64,000 nt of DNA, from the NCBI GenBank assembly GCA_049515895.1, contig JBEKTQ010000007.1, positions 1 through 64,000 of the forward strand, read 5' to 3'. A program made the translations under genes and the position numbers. The notes beneath the pieces are model-generated. The model was not told where the DNA came from. It searched no databases and saw only the letters and a program-made list of their open reading frames with translations. Every line of letters starts with the position of its first letter. The first letter of the stretch is position 1. Below, in pieces: positions 20,083 through 30,676 of this stretch. Source of the stretch: Candidatus Bathyarchaeia archaeon (GTDB taxonomy: Archaea > Thermoproteota > Bathyarchaeia > Bathyarchaeales > Bathycorpusculaceae).

Positions 20083-22797
20083 ATGCAAATTGGAAAAAAC
20101 AAAACAATTTCTATTGCGATTTCGATACTATTCATATTTTCAATGACAGCTTCAATGATGCTAATACACACCGCCAATGCACACACGCCGCCTCTGCAAA
20201 TTCCAACATACGCTTACGTTAACGTAGCTCCTAATCCAATTGGTGTTGGTCAGCAATGTTACGTTATCATGTGGCTGGACAAACTTTATGAAAACGCATA
20301 CTTGTACACTCCCTATCGATTCCATAACTATCAGCTAGTCATCACAGCACCCGATGGCACAAACACTACACAAACCTTCCCAGTTATCTACGACACAACC
20401 TCCGCGCAAGACTACGCGTTCACTCCAGATACAGTTGGCACCTACAAGGTCACATTCATCTTCCCTGGACAGACAGTAACCGCTTCCAACGCCGCCCCAG
20501 GTGACGCATTTATCGGCGACACCTACCTGTCAAACACCGCAACAACAACTCTCACCGTTCAGTCTTCACCCATTCAAGCAGCAACAACAAGCGGGCCACT
20601 ACCAACGGCATACTGGACTCGACCAATATACGCCGAAAACACCAATTGGTACACCCTCTCGTCAAATTGGCTGGGCACAACATGGCCAGGCTACGCAGCT
20701 TGGGGTACCTTTACTGCAAATTCGCAGTCATTCCCAGGCGACGCAGTCGGATCACAAACCAGCCACATCATGTGGACCAAACCCATACAAGCAGGCGGAG
20801 TAGTCGGAGGAAACAACTATCCAGCACTACCAGCAAACACATGGTTCGAAGGATCAGCTTACAGCCAAAGATACGGTAACCCGATAATAGTCGATGGAAT
20901 GCTAATCTACAGCCCACCGCTCGGATGGTCTGGTGTCGCTGGAGGATTGGCAGCTAACCCTATCAACGCAGCAACAACATGCGTTGATTTGCAGACGGGC
21001 CAACAGCTTTGGACCAACCCCAACATGGGAGCCATAAGCTTTGCTTACGTTTATGATGCTGAAGACCCCAACCAACACGGCGTATGGCCACCAGTGCTAA
21101 TTCATTCAACCGTCAGTAGCGGTCTATTCGGAGCCTTTCCAGGCAATTGGTACGCCTACGATGCCTTCACTGGGATATCGATATTTAACGTAACCAATGT
21201 TCCCGCTGGCGCAGTCATGCTCGGCCCATCAGGTGAATATCTGTCACTATCCTTCGTAAACTACGGCCCAACCACTATGACTCCATTCGGTCCAGTTCCT
21301 TCAGGCCCTGTAAAAGTGTACTTGCAAGAATGGAACTCATCCAGACTTTGGGACAACACATACTCAGGTCCTTCAACAGTGCCAACCCTGCAGCCGCCAA
21401 TATCCGACGGATCCAATCCAAGCCTGTTAGACTTCAACATTTCGTTGCCGACCCTTACCAGCGTACCTACGATAGATGATGCTTTCTACAGCAAGGAACT
21501 GATCGTAAACACCGGCTCGTTCCCAGGACCAGGCGATTTCGCTGGATCTCCACCCTGGTCAGAGGCACCATACACCTACTATGGCATCAACATGGCAGCA
21601 GGCAACATAGGCACTATTCTCTGGTCCAACACAGTTCAAGCACCAGCAGGCAACATCTCAGTATCAGCAGGCCCTGCTGATCCAACGGCTAACGGCGGTC
21701 ACGGTGTCTTCACAGAAGCCTACAAAGAAACCATGCAATGGGTAGGCTACAGCATGTCGACAGGCCAGAAACTTTGGGGTCCAACCGCGTCTATGGCGTC
21801 TCTTGACTACTACGGCAACCCAGCGGTTCCGATCATCGGCGGTGTCGCTGCTAACGGAAAACTCTACAGCACAGGCTACGCAGGAATACTCTACTGTTGG
21901 GACTTGACTACTGGAAACCTACTGTGGACTTGGGGCAATGGCGAAATCGGCTCGAGCAACAGCTCATTCGCTGGCTTCAACGCGCCCTTCGGTGATTACC
22001 CGATGCAGATCAACGCAATCGGCAACGGCGTAGTATACATGGTAACCACAGAGCACACCATCGAAACACCGCTCTTCAAAGGTGCATTTCAATCCGCTAT
22101 TAACGCGACAACTGGTCAACTCATATGGAAGCTTTCAGGCTACACTGGTGAATTCTTCACAATTTCATATGCTATGGCAGATGGTTATAACACCTGGTTC
22201 AACGGCTACGACAATTCGATCTACGTCGTAGGCAGAGGACCCAGCCAAACAACCGTCGACGCACCTAACGTTGCTACAACAGTCGGAACACCAGTAGTAA
22301 TTCGTGGATCAGTCACCGATGTTTCCGCTGGCACACAGGGAACACAGCAGAAGGGCGATTTCCCCAACGGTGTCCCATGCGCATCTGACGCAAGCATGGC
22401 AGCATGGATGGGCTACGTCTACCAGCAACAAGGTATGCCAACCGACTTCACTGGTGTCCCAGTGCAAATCGCAGTCTTAGACTCCAACGGAAACCACTAC
22501 CCGGTCGGAACAGTAACGACTGACGCAAGCGGCATGTACACCCTCGCATACACACCTACTATCCCAGGCAACTTCACAGTATTCGCGACTTTTGCAGGCA
22601 CCAACGGTTACTGGCCATCATCCGCAGAATCAAGCTTCTACGCCACCGGAGCGCACCCGACTGAAGCACCAACCGCAACACCACTTACCGGCTTAGCGAC
22701 ACAATCGACAGTCGAATACATAGGCATAGCAATAATCATTGTGATAATCATAATCGGCGCAGTACTAGCACTTCTGATGATGAGAAAACACCCATAA
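20083..22797 (+). CDS. Large secreted surface protein with Ig-like ends, degenerate PQQ-like propeller and C-terminal TM anchor
   Basis: ATG at 20083 after AAGGAG; signal peptide; TGQQLW/TGNLLW/TGQLIW blade motifs; TM plus RKHP. Confidence 0.85.
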   Translation: MQIGKNKTISIAISILFIFSMTASMMLIHTANAHTPPLQIPTYAYVNVAPNPIGVGQQCYVIMWLDKLYENAYLYTPYRFHNYQLVITAPDGTNTTQTFPVIYDTTSAQDYAFTPDTVGTYKVTFIFPGQTVTASNAAPGDAFIGDTYLSNTATTTLTVQSSPIQAATTSGPLPTAYWTRPIYAENTNWYTLSSNWLGTTWPGYAAWGTFTANSQSFPGDAVGSQTSHIMWTKPIQAGGVVGGNNYPALPANTWFEGSAYSQRYGNPIIVDGMLIYSPPLGWSGVAGGLAANPINAATTCVDLQTGQQLWTNPNMGAISFAYVYDAEDPNQHGVWPPVLIHSTVSSGLFGAFPGNWYAYDAFTGISIFNVTNVPAGAVMLGPSGEYLSLSFVNYGPTTMTPFGPVPSGPVKVYLQEWNSSRLWDNTYSGPSTVPTLQPPISDGSNPSLLDFNISLPTLTSVPTIDDAFYSKELIVNTGSFPGPGDFAGSPPWSEAPYTYYGINMAAGNIGTILWSNTVQAPAGNISVSAGPADPTANGGHGVFTEAYKETMQWVGYSMSTGQKLWGPTASMASLDYYGNPAVPIIGGVAANGKLYSTGYAGILYCWDLTTGNLLWTWGNGEIGSSNSSFAGFNAPFGDYPMQINAIGNGVVYMVTTEHTIETPLFKGAFQSAINATTGQLIWKLSGYTGEFFTISYAMADGYNTWFNGYDNSIYVVGRGPSQTTVDAPNVATTVGTPVVIRGSVTDVSAGTQGTQQKGDFPNGVPCASDASMAAWMGYVYQQQGMPTDFTGVPVQIAVLDSNGNHYPVGTVTTDASGMYTLAYTPTIPGNFTVFATFAGTNGYWPSSAESSFYATGAHPTEAPTATPLTGLATQSTVEYIGIAIIIVIIIIGAVLALLMMRKHP

Positions 22798-22804
22798 ACC
22801 CAAC

Positions 22805-22840
22805 AAAGGGAAAAATCAATTCCCCCCTTATTTTTTATTT
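22805..22840 (+). terminator. Putative terminator (short hairpin plus T tract)
   Basis: aaagggaa..ttccccctt followed by attttttttattt directly after the stop. Confidence 0.5.
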
Positions 22841-22891
22841 AACTTTTGAACTTGCATTTTTTCAAATTATTTAAATGTTGAAAAGCGTTTA

Positions 22892-23743
22892 TTGGCAAGG
22901 CTAACTCGCAAAAGTGGGGAGTGCACGTTGCTTCAAGATCCGAAGCTTAAAGAAAAAATTCATCAAGCAAACATATCTGTTCACCAGCTTGAAGCGCAAT
23001 ACTATGAACTGCTCCATCCAGAAGTGTACTCCAAAGAAGAGCAAAAAAGAACAAATGCTAAACTGCAAATGATCGATAAGCTTGTGACCGATAACGGTAA
23101 GATTGCTTTGGATGTTGGAGCCGGCACCGGCAATCTAACAGGTAAGCTTTTGCGCATGGGCTACACCATTACTGCTGTGGATATCTCGCCGGAAATGTGC
23201 GAGATTCTTCGAAGAAAATACCTCGCCTACCTGCAAAAGAGCAAGTTAACAGTGATCTGCGCGACCATTGAAGAGTTGTCTTTTGAAGAGGGACAATTTG
23301 ACTTAGTAACATGCTACTCCGTGCTTCATCACCTGCCGGACTACGTCGATGCCCTCCGCTGCCTCTCAGTTTTTCTGAAGAGAGGCGGCGTCATCTACAT
23401 TGACCATGAGGCATCCCCTTTCTACTGGAAAAATGAACCAAGCAGCCTTTCCAACCTCGTGAAAGGATTATACTTGCATTCAAACCCATTGCTGAACAGT
23501 TTATACTTTCAAATGACAGGGTTAAGCACTCCTTCAATCGATTACGAGCTTTCGGATTACTGGCATAAAAAAGAACACGCTCTTAACCATGGCCGCATAA
23601 GACGTTTGTTCGATAGCGAAAACTACGCTTCTACCAGGCGCTACGACTACTACGAAACCAGCACTTGGATTCCTAACCCACTAGCAATCATTTATCGTCT
23701 TCTGTGCAGCCCCGAAATGAGTTGTTGGATAGCTAAAAAATGA
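22892..23743 (+). CDS. Class I SAM-dependent methyltransferase
   Basis: ALDVGAGTG, AVDIS..M, FDLVTC.SVLHH, LKRGG. Confidence 0.88.
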   Translation: MARLTRKSGECTLLQDPKLKEKIHQANISVHQLEAQYYELLHPEVYSKEEQKRTNAKLQMIDKLVTDNGKIALDVGAGTGNLTGKLLRMGYTITAVDISPEMCEILRRKYLAYLQKSKLTVICATIEELSFEEGQFDLVTCYSVLHHLPDYVDALRCLSVFLKRGGVIYIDHEASPFYWKNEPSSLSNLVKGLYLHSNPLLNSLYFQMTGLSTPSIDYELSDYWHKKEHALNHGRIRRLFDSENYASTRRYDYYETSTWIPNPLAIIYRLLCSPEMSCWIAKK

Positions 23744-25141
23744 CTACGCAATTCCCACGTTTTGGTGTGCGCTGGGGTTTAGTCTTCGCTTCGCGAAGTT
23801 TACCGCGCCTTCACGCCTTATTCGTTTCATGATTTGTTTGGGAGACCGGTGAAAATCCCTGAAGAACCTTCCCTGAACCGCCAGCAACGAATCGTAGTCC
23901 CACTCCTTGGTTTTCACGGCCAGCAAAAAGTCGTCGAGTTGAGTGTAACTTTTCGAGTCTAGGACTTCTTGGTAGAGGCGGCTATCTGGATTAGCGATGA
24001 AAATGTTAAATATGCACCAGTCAGGATCAAGTTTCTTGGCAAACTTGAGTGACGCTTCCATTTCTTTGATAGTTTCATCTGGCACTCCAAGCATGAAAGA
24101 ACAAGCCGTTTTAATGCCGTTTTTGCGGCAAAGCTTGAACGCGGTTTCAATCTGCTCTAGGGTTGTGTTTCTACCGATGCGCTGAAGAATCCTTTGTGAA
24201 CCTGACTCGACGCCGAACCAAATGGTTTTGCAACCTGCTTTGCTCATGGCTTCTAAAAGTTCTTGGTTGACTAAATCGACCCTTGTGTCGCACACCCATT
24301 CTAGATCAAGTTTTTCTTTTACGATTAGGTTGCAGAGTTCAAGAGTTTCTTTTTTTCTGAGCGTGAAATTGTCGTTGATGAAGTAGATTCCTTTTGTGCC
24401 GTACCGACTTTGCAAGTCTTTGATTTCGCCGATAACCCTTTGCGGAGTGAATGCTCGGCAAATGTTACCCCACAGCTTGCGCGTTTCACAGAAGCCGCAG
24501 TTGTAAACGCATCCTCGTGCTATGCTCATGACGTCGGCTGGTTTTACGCTTAGGTACTCTATTGTTCGGTCGTAGAGTTCAAGCGGTAAAAGGTGTCTGG
24601 CGGGGTACGGAATTTCGTCCATGTTCTCGATGAATTTTGGGGGGTTCTTGATGTTTTTGCCTTGGCGCCTGCATGCAACGCCGGCAAGCGTCATTGCTTG
24701 CGGTTCATTGCCATTTACAATGCAGGTGGCTAGCTCGGTTACCGCGCGTTCGCCTTCACCCATAACTACATAGTCGATTTCTGGGTTCTCAAGTAGGCTG
24801 TCAGGCACGTAGGAAGCGTGCCATCCTCCGACAACTATTTTGCAGCTGGGTAGGATCTCTTTGATTGCTTTCGCGGTTTCTATGCAGCGCCTGTAGGTTG
24901 CTGAACCACATGTGATGCCTACGATTTTCGGGTTAAGACTTGTAACTAGCTGTTTGAATTCACTTATTGGCTTTTTCATGAGGTAGTTGTCGAGCATTTG
25001 CACTTCAAAGCCTGCCCTTTCAAGTGCTGCTGCAACATACATTAAACCGATTGGGGGCAACCGCTTGCCTAAGTACCACGCGCTGTTTTCTGGGGGCGCT
25101 GTAGTCATTAAGAGAATCAAATGTTTTTCCTGGTTTGGCAC
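23744..25141 (-). CDS. B12-binding radical SAM protein, copy 5 (LMTTAPPE subtype)
   Basis: LMTTAPPE..RLPPIGL, GGWHAS, ARGCVYNCGFC, FGVESG. Confidence 0.9.
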   Translation of the reverse strand: MPNQEKHLILLMTTAPPENSAWYLGKRLPPIGLMYVAAALERAGFEVQMLDNYLMKKPISEFKQLVTSLNPKIVGITCGSATYRRCIETAKAIKEILPSCKIVVGGWHASYVPDSLLENPEIDYVVMGEGERAVTELATCIVNGNEPQAMTLAGVACRRQGKNIKNPPKFIENMDEIPYPARHLLPLELYDRTIEYLSVKPADVMSIARGCVYNCGFCETRKLWGNICRAFTPQRVIGEIKDLQSRYGTKGIYFINDNFTLRKKETLELCNLIVKEKLDLEWVCDTRVDLVNQELLEAMSKAGCKTIWFGVESGSQRILQRIGRNTTLEQIETAFKLCRKNGIKTACSFMLGVPDETIKEMEASLKFAKKLDPDWCIFNIFIANPDSRLYQEVLDSKSYTQLDDFLLAVKTKEWDYDSLLAVQGRFFRDFHRSPKQIMKRIRREGAVNFAKRRLNPSAHQNVGIA

Positions 25142-25326
25142 GTTGCGTCTCCCGTGAACTTTTGCTATCTTTGACTATTTGCGAGTTAATAGCTTTAACT
25201 GAACCGATGCTTTGCCGTGTTGATTGTTCGTCTTTGCTGTTTTGCACGCGAAATTTGCATGTAAAGGTGTTTATGGAAAAGGTTTATAGCCCTTTCGAGT
25301 GCCTTTTCCTGCTGAAGAGGGTAAGT

Positions 25327-26043
25327 GTGAAGGTTGTTGTTCACTGGAGCGGTGGCAAAGAATGTTGCTTAGCTTATCACAAAGTCATCAAACAGGGTCA
25401 TCAGGTTTCGTATCTTCTCACTTTTGAATATATGAAACCCTACGTTTTCCACAGTTTCCCGATAATGGAGCTTCAGTCAAAAACTTTAGGCACCCCTCTG
25501 AAACGGGTTAGTATCAAAAAGCCATACGAGGACATTTTGGAGGCACTTACGAAGCTTCAGAAAGAAGAGGGTATAGAGGGCATCGTTACCGGCGACATAG
25601 TTGGAGCAGGATGCGCCATCGTACACTCAAGCTACTACGAGAGCATGGCTAAGCAATTGGGGTTGGCTTTCATGATGCCCCTCGAAAACCCTTCAGGAGA
25701 CACCTACGATGTTTTGAAAGAAGTCGTTGGGACCGGCTTAAGACCCATGCTCAACTGCATCAACACAAACTTCTTCGAAGAAGACTGGCTGGGACGCATA
25801 CTTGACCCCGAGTCAGTTAAAGAGCTAAAGAAGCTTGCTGACGAAAAAGGGATAGATGTCTCCAGCGAAGACGGGCAAGGCTACCATAGCACCGTGGTGG
25901 ATGCGCCTCTTTTCAAAGAATCCATAGGCATTGGCAAGTTCAAAACGAAGAAGAAAAAAGAGAAATCGAAGAACTGGAAACGAAATTGGCTTTACATGGA
26001 CATCAAAGAGTGCTGCTTGAAGCCTAAGGCAAATCCCAAATGA
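25327..26043 (+). CDS. DUF71/Dph6-like PP-loop ATPase paralog
   Basis: Likely GTG start at 25327 after GAGGG; HWSGGKEC, VTGDI, WLGR, YHSTVVDAPLFK. Confidence 0.82.
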   Translation: MKVVVHWSGGKECCLAYHKVIKQGHQVSYLLTFEYMKPYVFHSFPIMELQSKTLGTPLKRVSIKKPYEDILEALTKLQKEEGIEGIVTGDIVGAGCAIVHSSYYESMAKQLGLAFMMPLENPSGDTYDVLKEVVGTGLRPMLNCINTNFFEEDWLGRILDPESVKELKKLADEKGIDVSSEDGQGYHSTVVDAPLFKESIGIGKFKTKKKKEKSKNWKRNWLYMDIKECCLKPKANPK

Positions 26044-26174
26044 GATTCCAGTTCGTTTTTTTGAGTCAAACTTTCGGCCTCTACTGGTAATTCGCGTGTC
26101 TGGCAGGAAATTGTGTGTTATTGCATAAAGTAAATGAAGCACAAGACATAAACTCTATTGCTTCAGGGAAGAAC

Positions 26175-27587
26175 ATGAAAACTCGCATAACTCTTGTAAA
26201 TCCGCCGTACCCTGTCGGTTCCCATCAACACCCGCCTTTCATGCCGCTAGGCCTCGGTTACTTAGGTGCTGTTTTATACAAGAGTCATTTTGATGTTAAC
26301 GTGATTGATTGCCAAGCTCAAAAATTCAGTTACCAACATTTCAAGGAAGAAATCGGCAAAGTTAAGCCTGACATAGTTGGAGTAACCTGCACCACACTTA
26401 CCTACAAGTCAGCGCTCAAAATTGTCCGGATAGCTAAGGAAGTTTGGCCGAACTGCATAACTGCCATGGGTGGTCCCCATGTGACATTTTGGGATGACAA
26501 GGCACTGCAGGAAGAACCGTCCTTGGACGTTGTGGTCAGAGGCGAAGGAGAAAACACGTTGCTGGAGCTTGCGCAAAGAATCGAAGACTCCAAGCCTTAC
26601 ATTGACTTGATAGGAACTACTTGCAGAAACGGTTCGGGCATGGTGAAAAACGCCGATAGGCCTTTCCTTGAAAACCTTGACAGTCTGCCTTTTCCCGCTC
26701 TTCACCTTTGGCAACACACGGAAAACCTGCGAAAGTACGGAACCATTCCCTACCCCGTGATGACCAGCCGAGGCTGCGTGTACTGGTGCAACTTCTGCAC
26801 GGCCGTGCGAATGTTCGGCAGAAGATACCGCATGCGAAGCCCAAAAAATGTTGTAAACGAACTCGAATTCCTGCACAAAAACTACTACGCTAACCAATTC
26901 ACATTTTACGACGACGCATTCACAGTGGACTTGGCGCGGACCGCTGAAATCTGCGATGAAATTCAGCAGCGAGGACTCAAAATTAAGTGGGACTGCGAAA
27001 CCCGCGTTGACATGGTAACCAAAGAGCTTCTTGTCAAGATGCGTGAGGCGGGATGCATAGCTGTCTGGTTCGGTGTTGAATCAGGATCAAAAAAGCTTTT
27101 GACAAGCATGGGCAAAGGCTTCTCACTCACTCAGACAAGACGCGCTTTTAAGTGGGCGAAAGAAGCTGGGTTGATGACTGTTGCAGGCGTCATCTTGGGT
27201 TTTCCAGGTGAAACCAAGGAAAGTGCATGGGAAACAATCCGCTTCGTCAAAGAGCTTAACCCCAACGATGTTGGTTTCTACATCGCGACGCCTTATCCGG
27301 GAACACCAATGTACGAGGAAGTCAAAGCCAACGGTTCGCTTAAGATAACAGACTTTGACAGATACGACACCGCGACTCCGACCTTTGAAATCCCGAACAT
27401 GAGCATGCAGGAGCTAACCGAAATCCGCGAGCAAGCATTCCAAAGCTTCTACCTTAGCCCAGCATACTTCGTCAGCGCACTTGGCATGTTCAGGAAAGGA
27501 AAAATGTGGGGTCTAGGCGCAACCCGACTGATCCTGGCCCATGCAAGACGAGCAGTCAGGGCAAAAGCAAACAGCCTCCTAAAATAG
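26175..27587 (+). CDS. B12-binding radical SAM protein, copy 6
   Basis: Likely ATG at 26175; NPPYP..HPPFMPLGLGY, SRGCVYWCNFC, FGVESG. Confidence 0.9.
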   Translation: MKTRITLVNPPYPVGSHQHPPFMPLGLGYLGAVLYKSHFDVNVIDCQAQKFSYQHFKEEIGKVKPDIVGVTCTTLTYKSALKIVRIAKEVWPNCITAMGGPHVTFWDDKALQEEPSLDVVVRGEGENTLLELAQRIEDSKPYIDLIGTTCRNGSGMVKNADRPFLENLDSLPFPALHLWQHTENLRKYGTIPYPVMTSRGCVYWCNFCTAVRMFGRRYRMRSPKNVVNELEFLHKNYYANQFTFYDDAFTVDLARTAEICDEIQQRGLKIKWDCETRVDMVTKELLVKMREAGCIAVWFGVESGSKKLLTSMGKGFSLTQTRRAFKWAKEAGLMTVAGVILGFPGETKESAWETIRFVKELNPNDVGFYIATPYPGTPMYEEVKANGSLKITDFDRYDTATPTFEIPNMSMQELTEIREQAFQSFYLSPAYFVSALGMFRKGKMWGLGATRLILAHARRAVRAKANSLLK

Positions 27588-27614
27588 GAACCTAAGCCAC
27601 CGGAGAAACCAAAA

Positions 27615-28982
27615 ATGATTCTGCTAATGACCACGGCGCCGCCCGAGAAATCGCCTTGGGGCGTGGCTGGAAGACTTCCCCCGTTGGGCTTAGCATATGT
27701 CGCCGCGTCTTTGGAAAAGAGCGGCTTCCAAGTTGAAATCTACGATAATTACCTGCTTGAAAGACCCATCGAAGAAGTTAAATCCGAAATAAGAAAACGA
27801 TCGCCAGAAATCGTAGGCATAACCTGCAATTCCTTGTCTTACGGGCGTTGTATCGAGATGGCAAAAGCAGTCAAAGAGGCATCTCCTTCCTGCCGCGTCG
27901 TTGTTGGCGGTCCGCATGCCTCCTATATGCCTCAAACCCTTCTAGAGCATCAAGAGGTAGATTACTTAGTTATCGGCGAAGGAGAACAAGCGGTGGTTCT
28001 GCTTGCCTCCAGCATTATAAAAGGCGAAAAAGCCCAAGAGGCAGCGCATATTCCTGGGGTTGCAACCAAAATAGGCAGCGAAATAGCCAAAACTGCACCT
28101 CAATTCATCAGCAACTTAGATGAAGTTCCCTTCCCAGCTCGACATTTGTTGCCTATGCGCATGTACACCCGTGAATTGAGCTATTTGACGGTTAAACCCG
28201 TTGACACAATGAGCATACACCGCGGCTGCCCGTACAGATGCGCTTACTGCGAAACCAGAGAGCTATGGGGTTCAGCTTGCCGATCTTTCTCGCCGCAACG
28301 GGTCATAAACGAAATCCAACATATGATTGAAACCTACGGCACGAAGGGAATCTATTTTGTCGGCGACAACTTTACCATAAACAAAAAACGTACATCCGAG
28401 CTATGCCGCCTAATCAAAAGCGACAAAATTGACTTGAAATGGACCTGCGAAACCCGAGCCGACCTCATCAACAAGGAATTACTATCCGAAATGAAATCCG
28501 CAGGCTGCCAAACGATGTTCTTCGGCGTCGAGTCAGGTTCACCCAGAATCCAGCAGAAGCTCAACAAAGGCATTGATTTGCAGGATGTTGTGAAAGCCTT
28601 TGAGCTATGCAGGCAGACGGGTATACAGACCATGACTTCTTTCATGCTAGGGATTCCAGGCGAAACATTCGACGACATGAAGGAAACCTTCAACTTTTCT
28701 AAAAAACTGAAGGCGGACTGGTGCCAATTCAACATTTACATCGCTTGCCCAGGCAGCCAACTGTACGATGAGGTGATAAGCAAAGGACTCTACGACCAGC
28801 TATACGACTATTTAGCAAGGGTCAAAACCAACGAGTTCGACCACGACATGCTGGAGAAGATTCAGAGGGATTTTCAGCGCAAATGCCAGAAATCAGCCGC
28901 GTCCAAGTTTATGCGAGTGGTGAAGCAGGAGGGCTTAGGCAGCGCAGTAAAAAGGGGAGCGTCGATGGTTTTCCGCCGCTAA
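27615..28982 (+). CDS. B12-binding radical SAM protein, copy 7 (LMTTAPPE subtype)
   Basis: LMTTAPPE..RLPPLGL, GGPHAS, HRGCPYRCAYC, FGVESG. Confidence 0.9.
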   Translation: MILLMTTAPPEKSPWGVAGRLPPLGLAYVAASLEKSGFQVEIYDNYLLERPIEEVKSEIRKRSPEIVGITCNSLSYGRCIEMAKAVKEASPSCRVVVGGPHASYMPQTLLEHQEVDYLVIGEGEQAVVLLASSIIKGEKAQEAAHIPGVATKIGSEIAKTAPQFISNLDEVPFPARHLLPMRMYTRELSYLTVKPVDTMSIHRGCPYRCAYCETRELWGSACRSFSPQRVINEIQHMIETYGTKGIYFVGDNFTINKKRTSELCRLIKSDKIDLKWTCETRADLINKELLSEMKSAGCQTMFFGVESGSPRIQQKLNKGIDLQDVVKAFELCRQTGIQTMTSFMLGIPGETFDDMKETFNFSKKLKADWCQFNIYIACPGSQLYDEVISKGLYDQLYDYLARVKTNEFDHDMLEKIQRDFQRKCQKSAASKFMRVVKQEGLGSAVKRGASMVFRR

Positions 28983-29176
28983 TGATTTCTCCCTATTTTC
29001 TTGTCTTGATTTTTGGTTCGGGGCTGGGTTCTGTTTCAGAAAAGCTTGCCCAACCTGAGCTTTTTTTCCTGTTTTAGCATTTACGGGTAAATATGGGAAC
29101 TTTACGGGAAAACTAGACAACTATATTAACGCCGAGACTTAACTTAACTAAAATATTACAAATTTAGGGGAGAAAA

Positions 29177-30613
29177 ATGAAAACTCACATTACCCTTGTG
29201 AACCCGCCGTACCCCGGTCAATCTTTCCCGCATCCTCCCTTCCCTCCGCTGGGTTTAGGCTACGTCGCAGCAGTTTTAGAGCAGAACAAATTCAACATCG
29301 ACGTAGTCGACTGCTTAACCTATAACTTAAGCTACGACGGCTTCAGAGAAGAAATCAGCAAACGCAAACCCGACATCGTGGGTGTCACATGCAACACACT
29401 GACATACAAGTCTGCGCTTCAAATCCTTAAAGTCGCCAAAGAAGCCCTTCCGAACTGCATAACCGTCATCGGAGGACACCATGTCACCTTCGAGGATGAA
29501 CAAGCCTTCAAAGACCTTCCAACGTTGGACGCCGTGATCAGGAACGAAGGCGAATACACGATGCTTGAGCTTGCCCAGCGAGTTGAGGCAGGCAAAGACT
29601 GGCATGATGTTATCGGAACAACCGTTAGAAAAGCCGAGGGTTCAGTCGTGAGAAACCCAAAGCGCGCCCACATCGAAAACCTCGATGAACTTCCATTCCC
29701 AGCTCGCCACTTGTGGCCATTAGAAGCCACTTCAAAGTATGGCAGGATAATGTTTGACATCATTGCAAGCCGCGGCTGCTCGTATTGGTGTGACTTTTGC
29801 ATCGAAGTCCGAATGCACGGGCAAAAATTCCGCAAACGAAGCGTCCAAAACGTCTGCGACGAACTTGAAGAATGCAAGAAAACTTACGGCGCAACATGGT
29901 TCTCCTTTGTTGACGCAGCCTTTACAGTAGACCAACAATTCACCGCTGACCTATGCGACGAAATCATCAGGCGAAACATTAACATTAACTGGGTTGCTGG
30001 AACCCGCGTTGACATGGTCACCAAAGAACTGCTGCAAAAAATGGCTCAAGCAGGCTGCAAATCCATGTGGTACGGCGTCGAATCCGGCGCACAGAACGTT
30101 CTCAACGAGATGCGAAAAGGCATCACCTTGGAGCAAACCATCAAAGCCTTCCAGTGGACTGTAGAGGCAGGGATGAAACCCGACCCCAACGTTGTCCTCG
30201 GCTTTCCAGGCGAAACCAAAGAATCTGCATGGGCAACCATAAAGCTCTGTCAGAAGATTGCTCCCACCTACATGGCTTCCTACACAATAGCGACTCCATA
30301 CCCAGGTACACCACTCTACTACTTGGTCAAAGAGAAGGGTTGGCTAAAAGACACTAACTTTGACCACTACGACACCGCTACGCCAACATTCGAAACCCCA
30401 ACGATGACCATCCAAGAACTTAGGAAGCTTCGTGCAAAAGCGTGGTCAAGCTTCTACGAACGACCAAGCTACATAAGGGCTATGTTCAAAAAAAGCTTTA
30501 TCTACGGGTTAGCAGCGATGAAGGCAGCCGTCACATTTAGGTTCATTGACCTACGAATGGCATTGCAACCTAACAAGATACCGCCGAAGCCACCGTCAAA
30601 AAGCCACTTCTAA
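29177..30613 (+). CDS. B12-binding radical SAM protein, copy 8
   Basis: NPPYP..HPPFPPLGLGY, SRGCSYWCDFC, YGVESG, TPYPGT. Confidence 0.9.
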   Translation: MKTHITLVNPPYPGQSFPHPPFPPLGLGYVAAVLEQNKFNIDVVDCLTYNLSYDGFREEISKRKPDIVGVTCNTLTYKSALQILKVAKEALPNCITVIGGHHVTFEDEQAFKDLPTLDAVIRNEGEYTMLELAQRVEAGKDWHDVIGTTVRKAEGSVVRNPKRAHIENLDELPFPARHLWPLEATSKYGRIMFDIIASRGCSYWCDFCIEVRMHGQKFRKRSVQNVCDELEECKKTYGATWFSFVDAAFTVDQQFTADLCDEIIRRNININWVAGTRVDMVTKELLQKMAQAGCKSMWYGVESGAQNVLNEMRKGITLEQTIKAFQWTVEAGMKPDPNVVLGFPGETKESAWATIKLCQKIAPTYMASYTIATPYPGTPLYYLVKEKGWLKDTNFDHYDTATPTFETPTMTIQELRKLRAKAWSSFYERPSYIRAMFKKSFIYGLAAMKAAVTFRFIDLRMALQPNKIPPKPPSKSHF

Positions 30614-30676
30614 AAGCCAACTTTTTCTTTTCTTTGTTTTATTCTTGAAAATCCCTTTTGCAGTGGCAGTTTTCTT

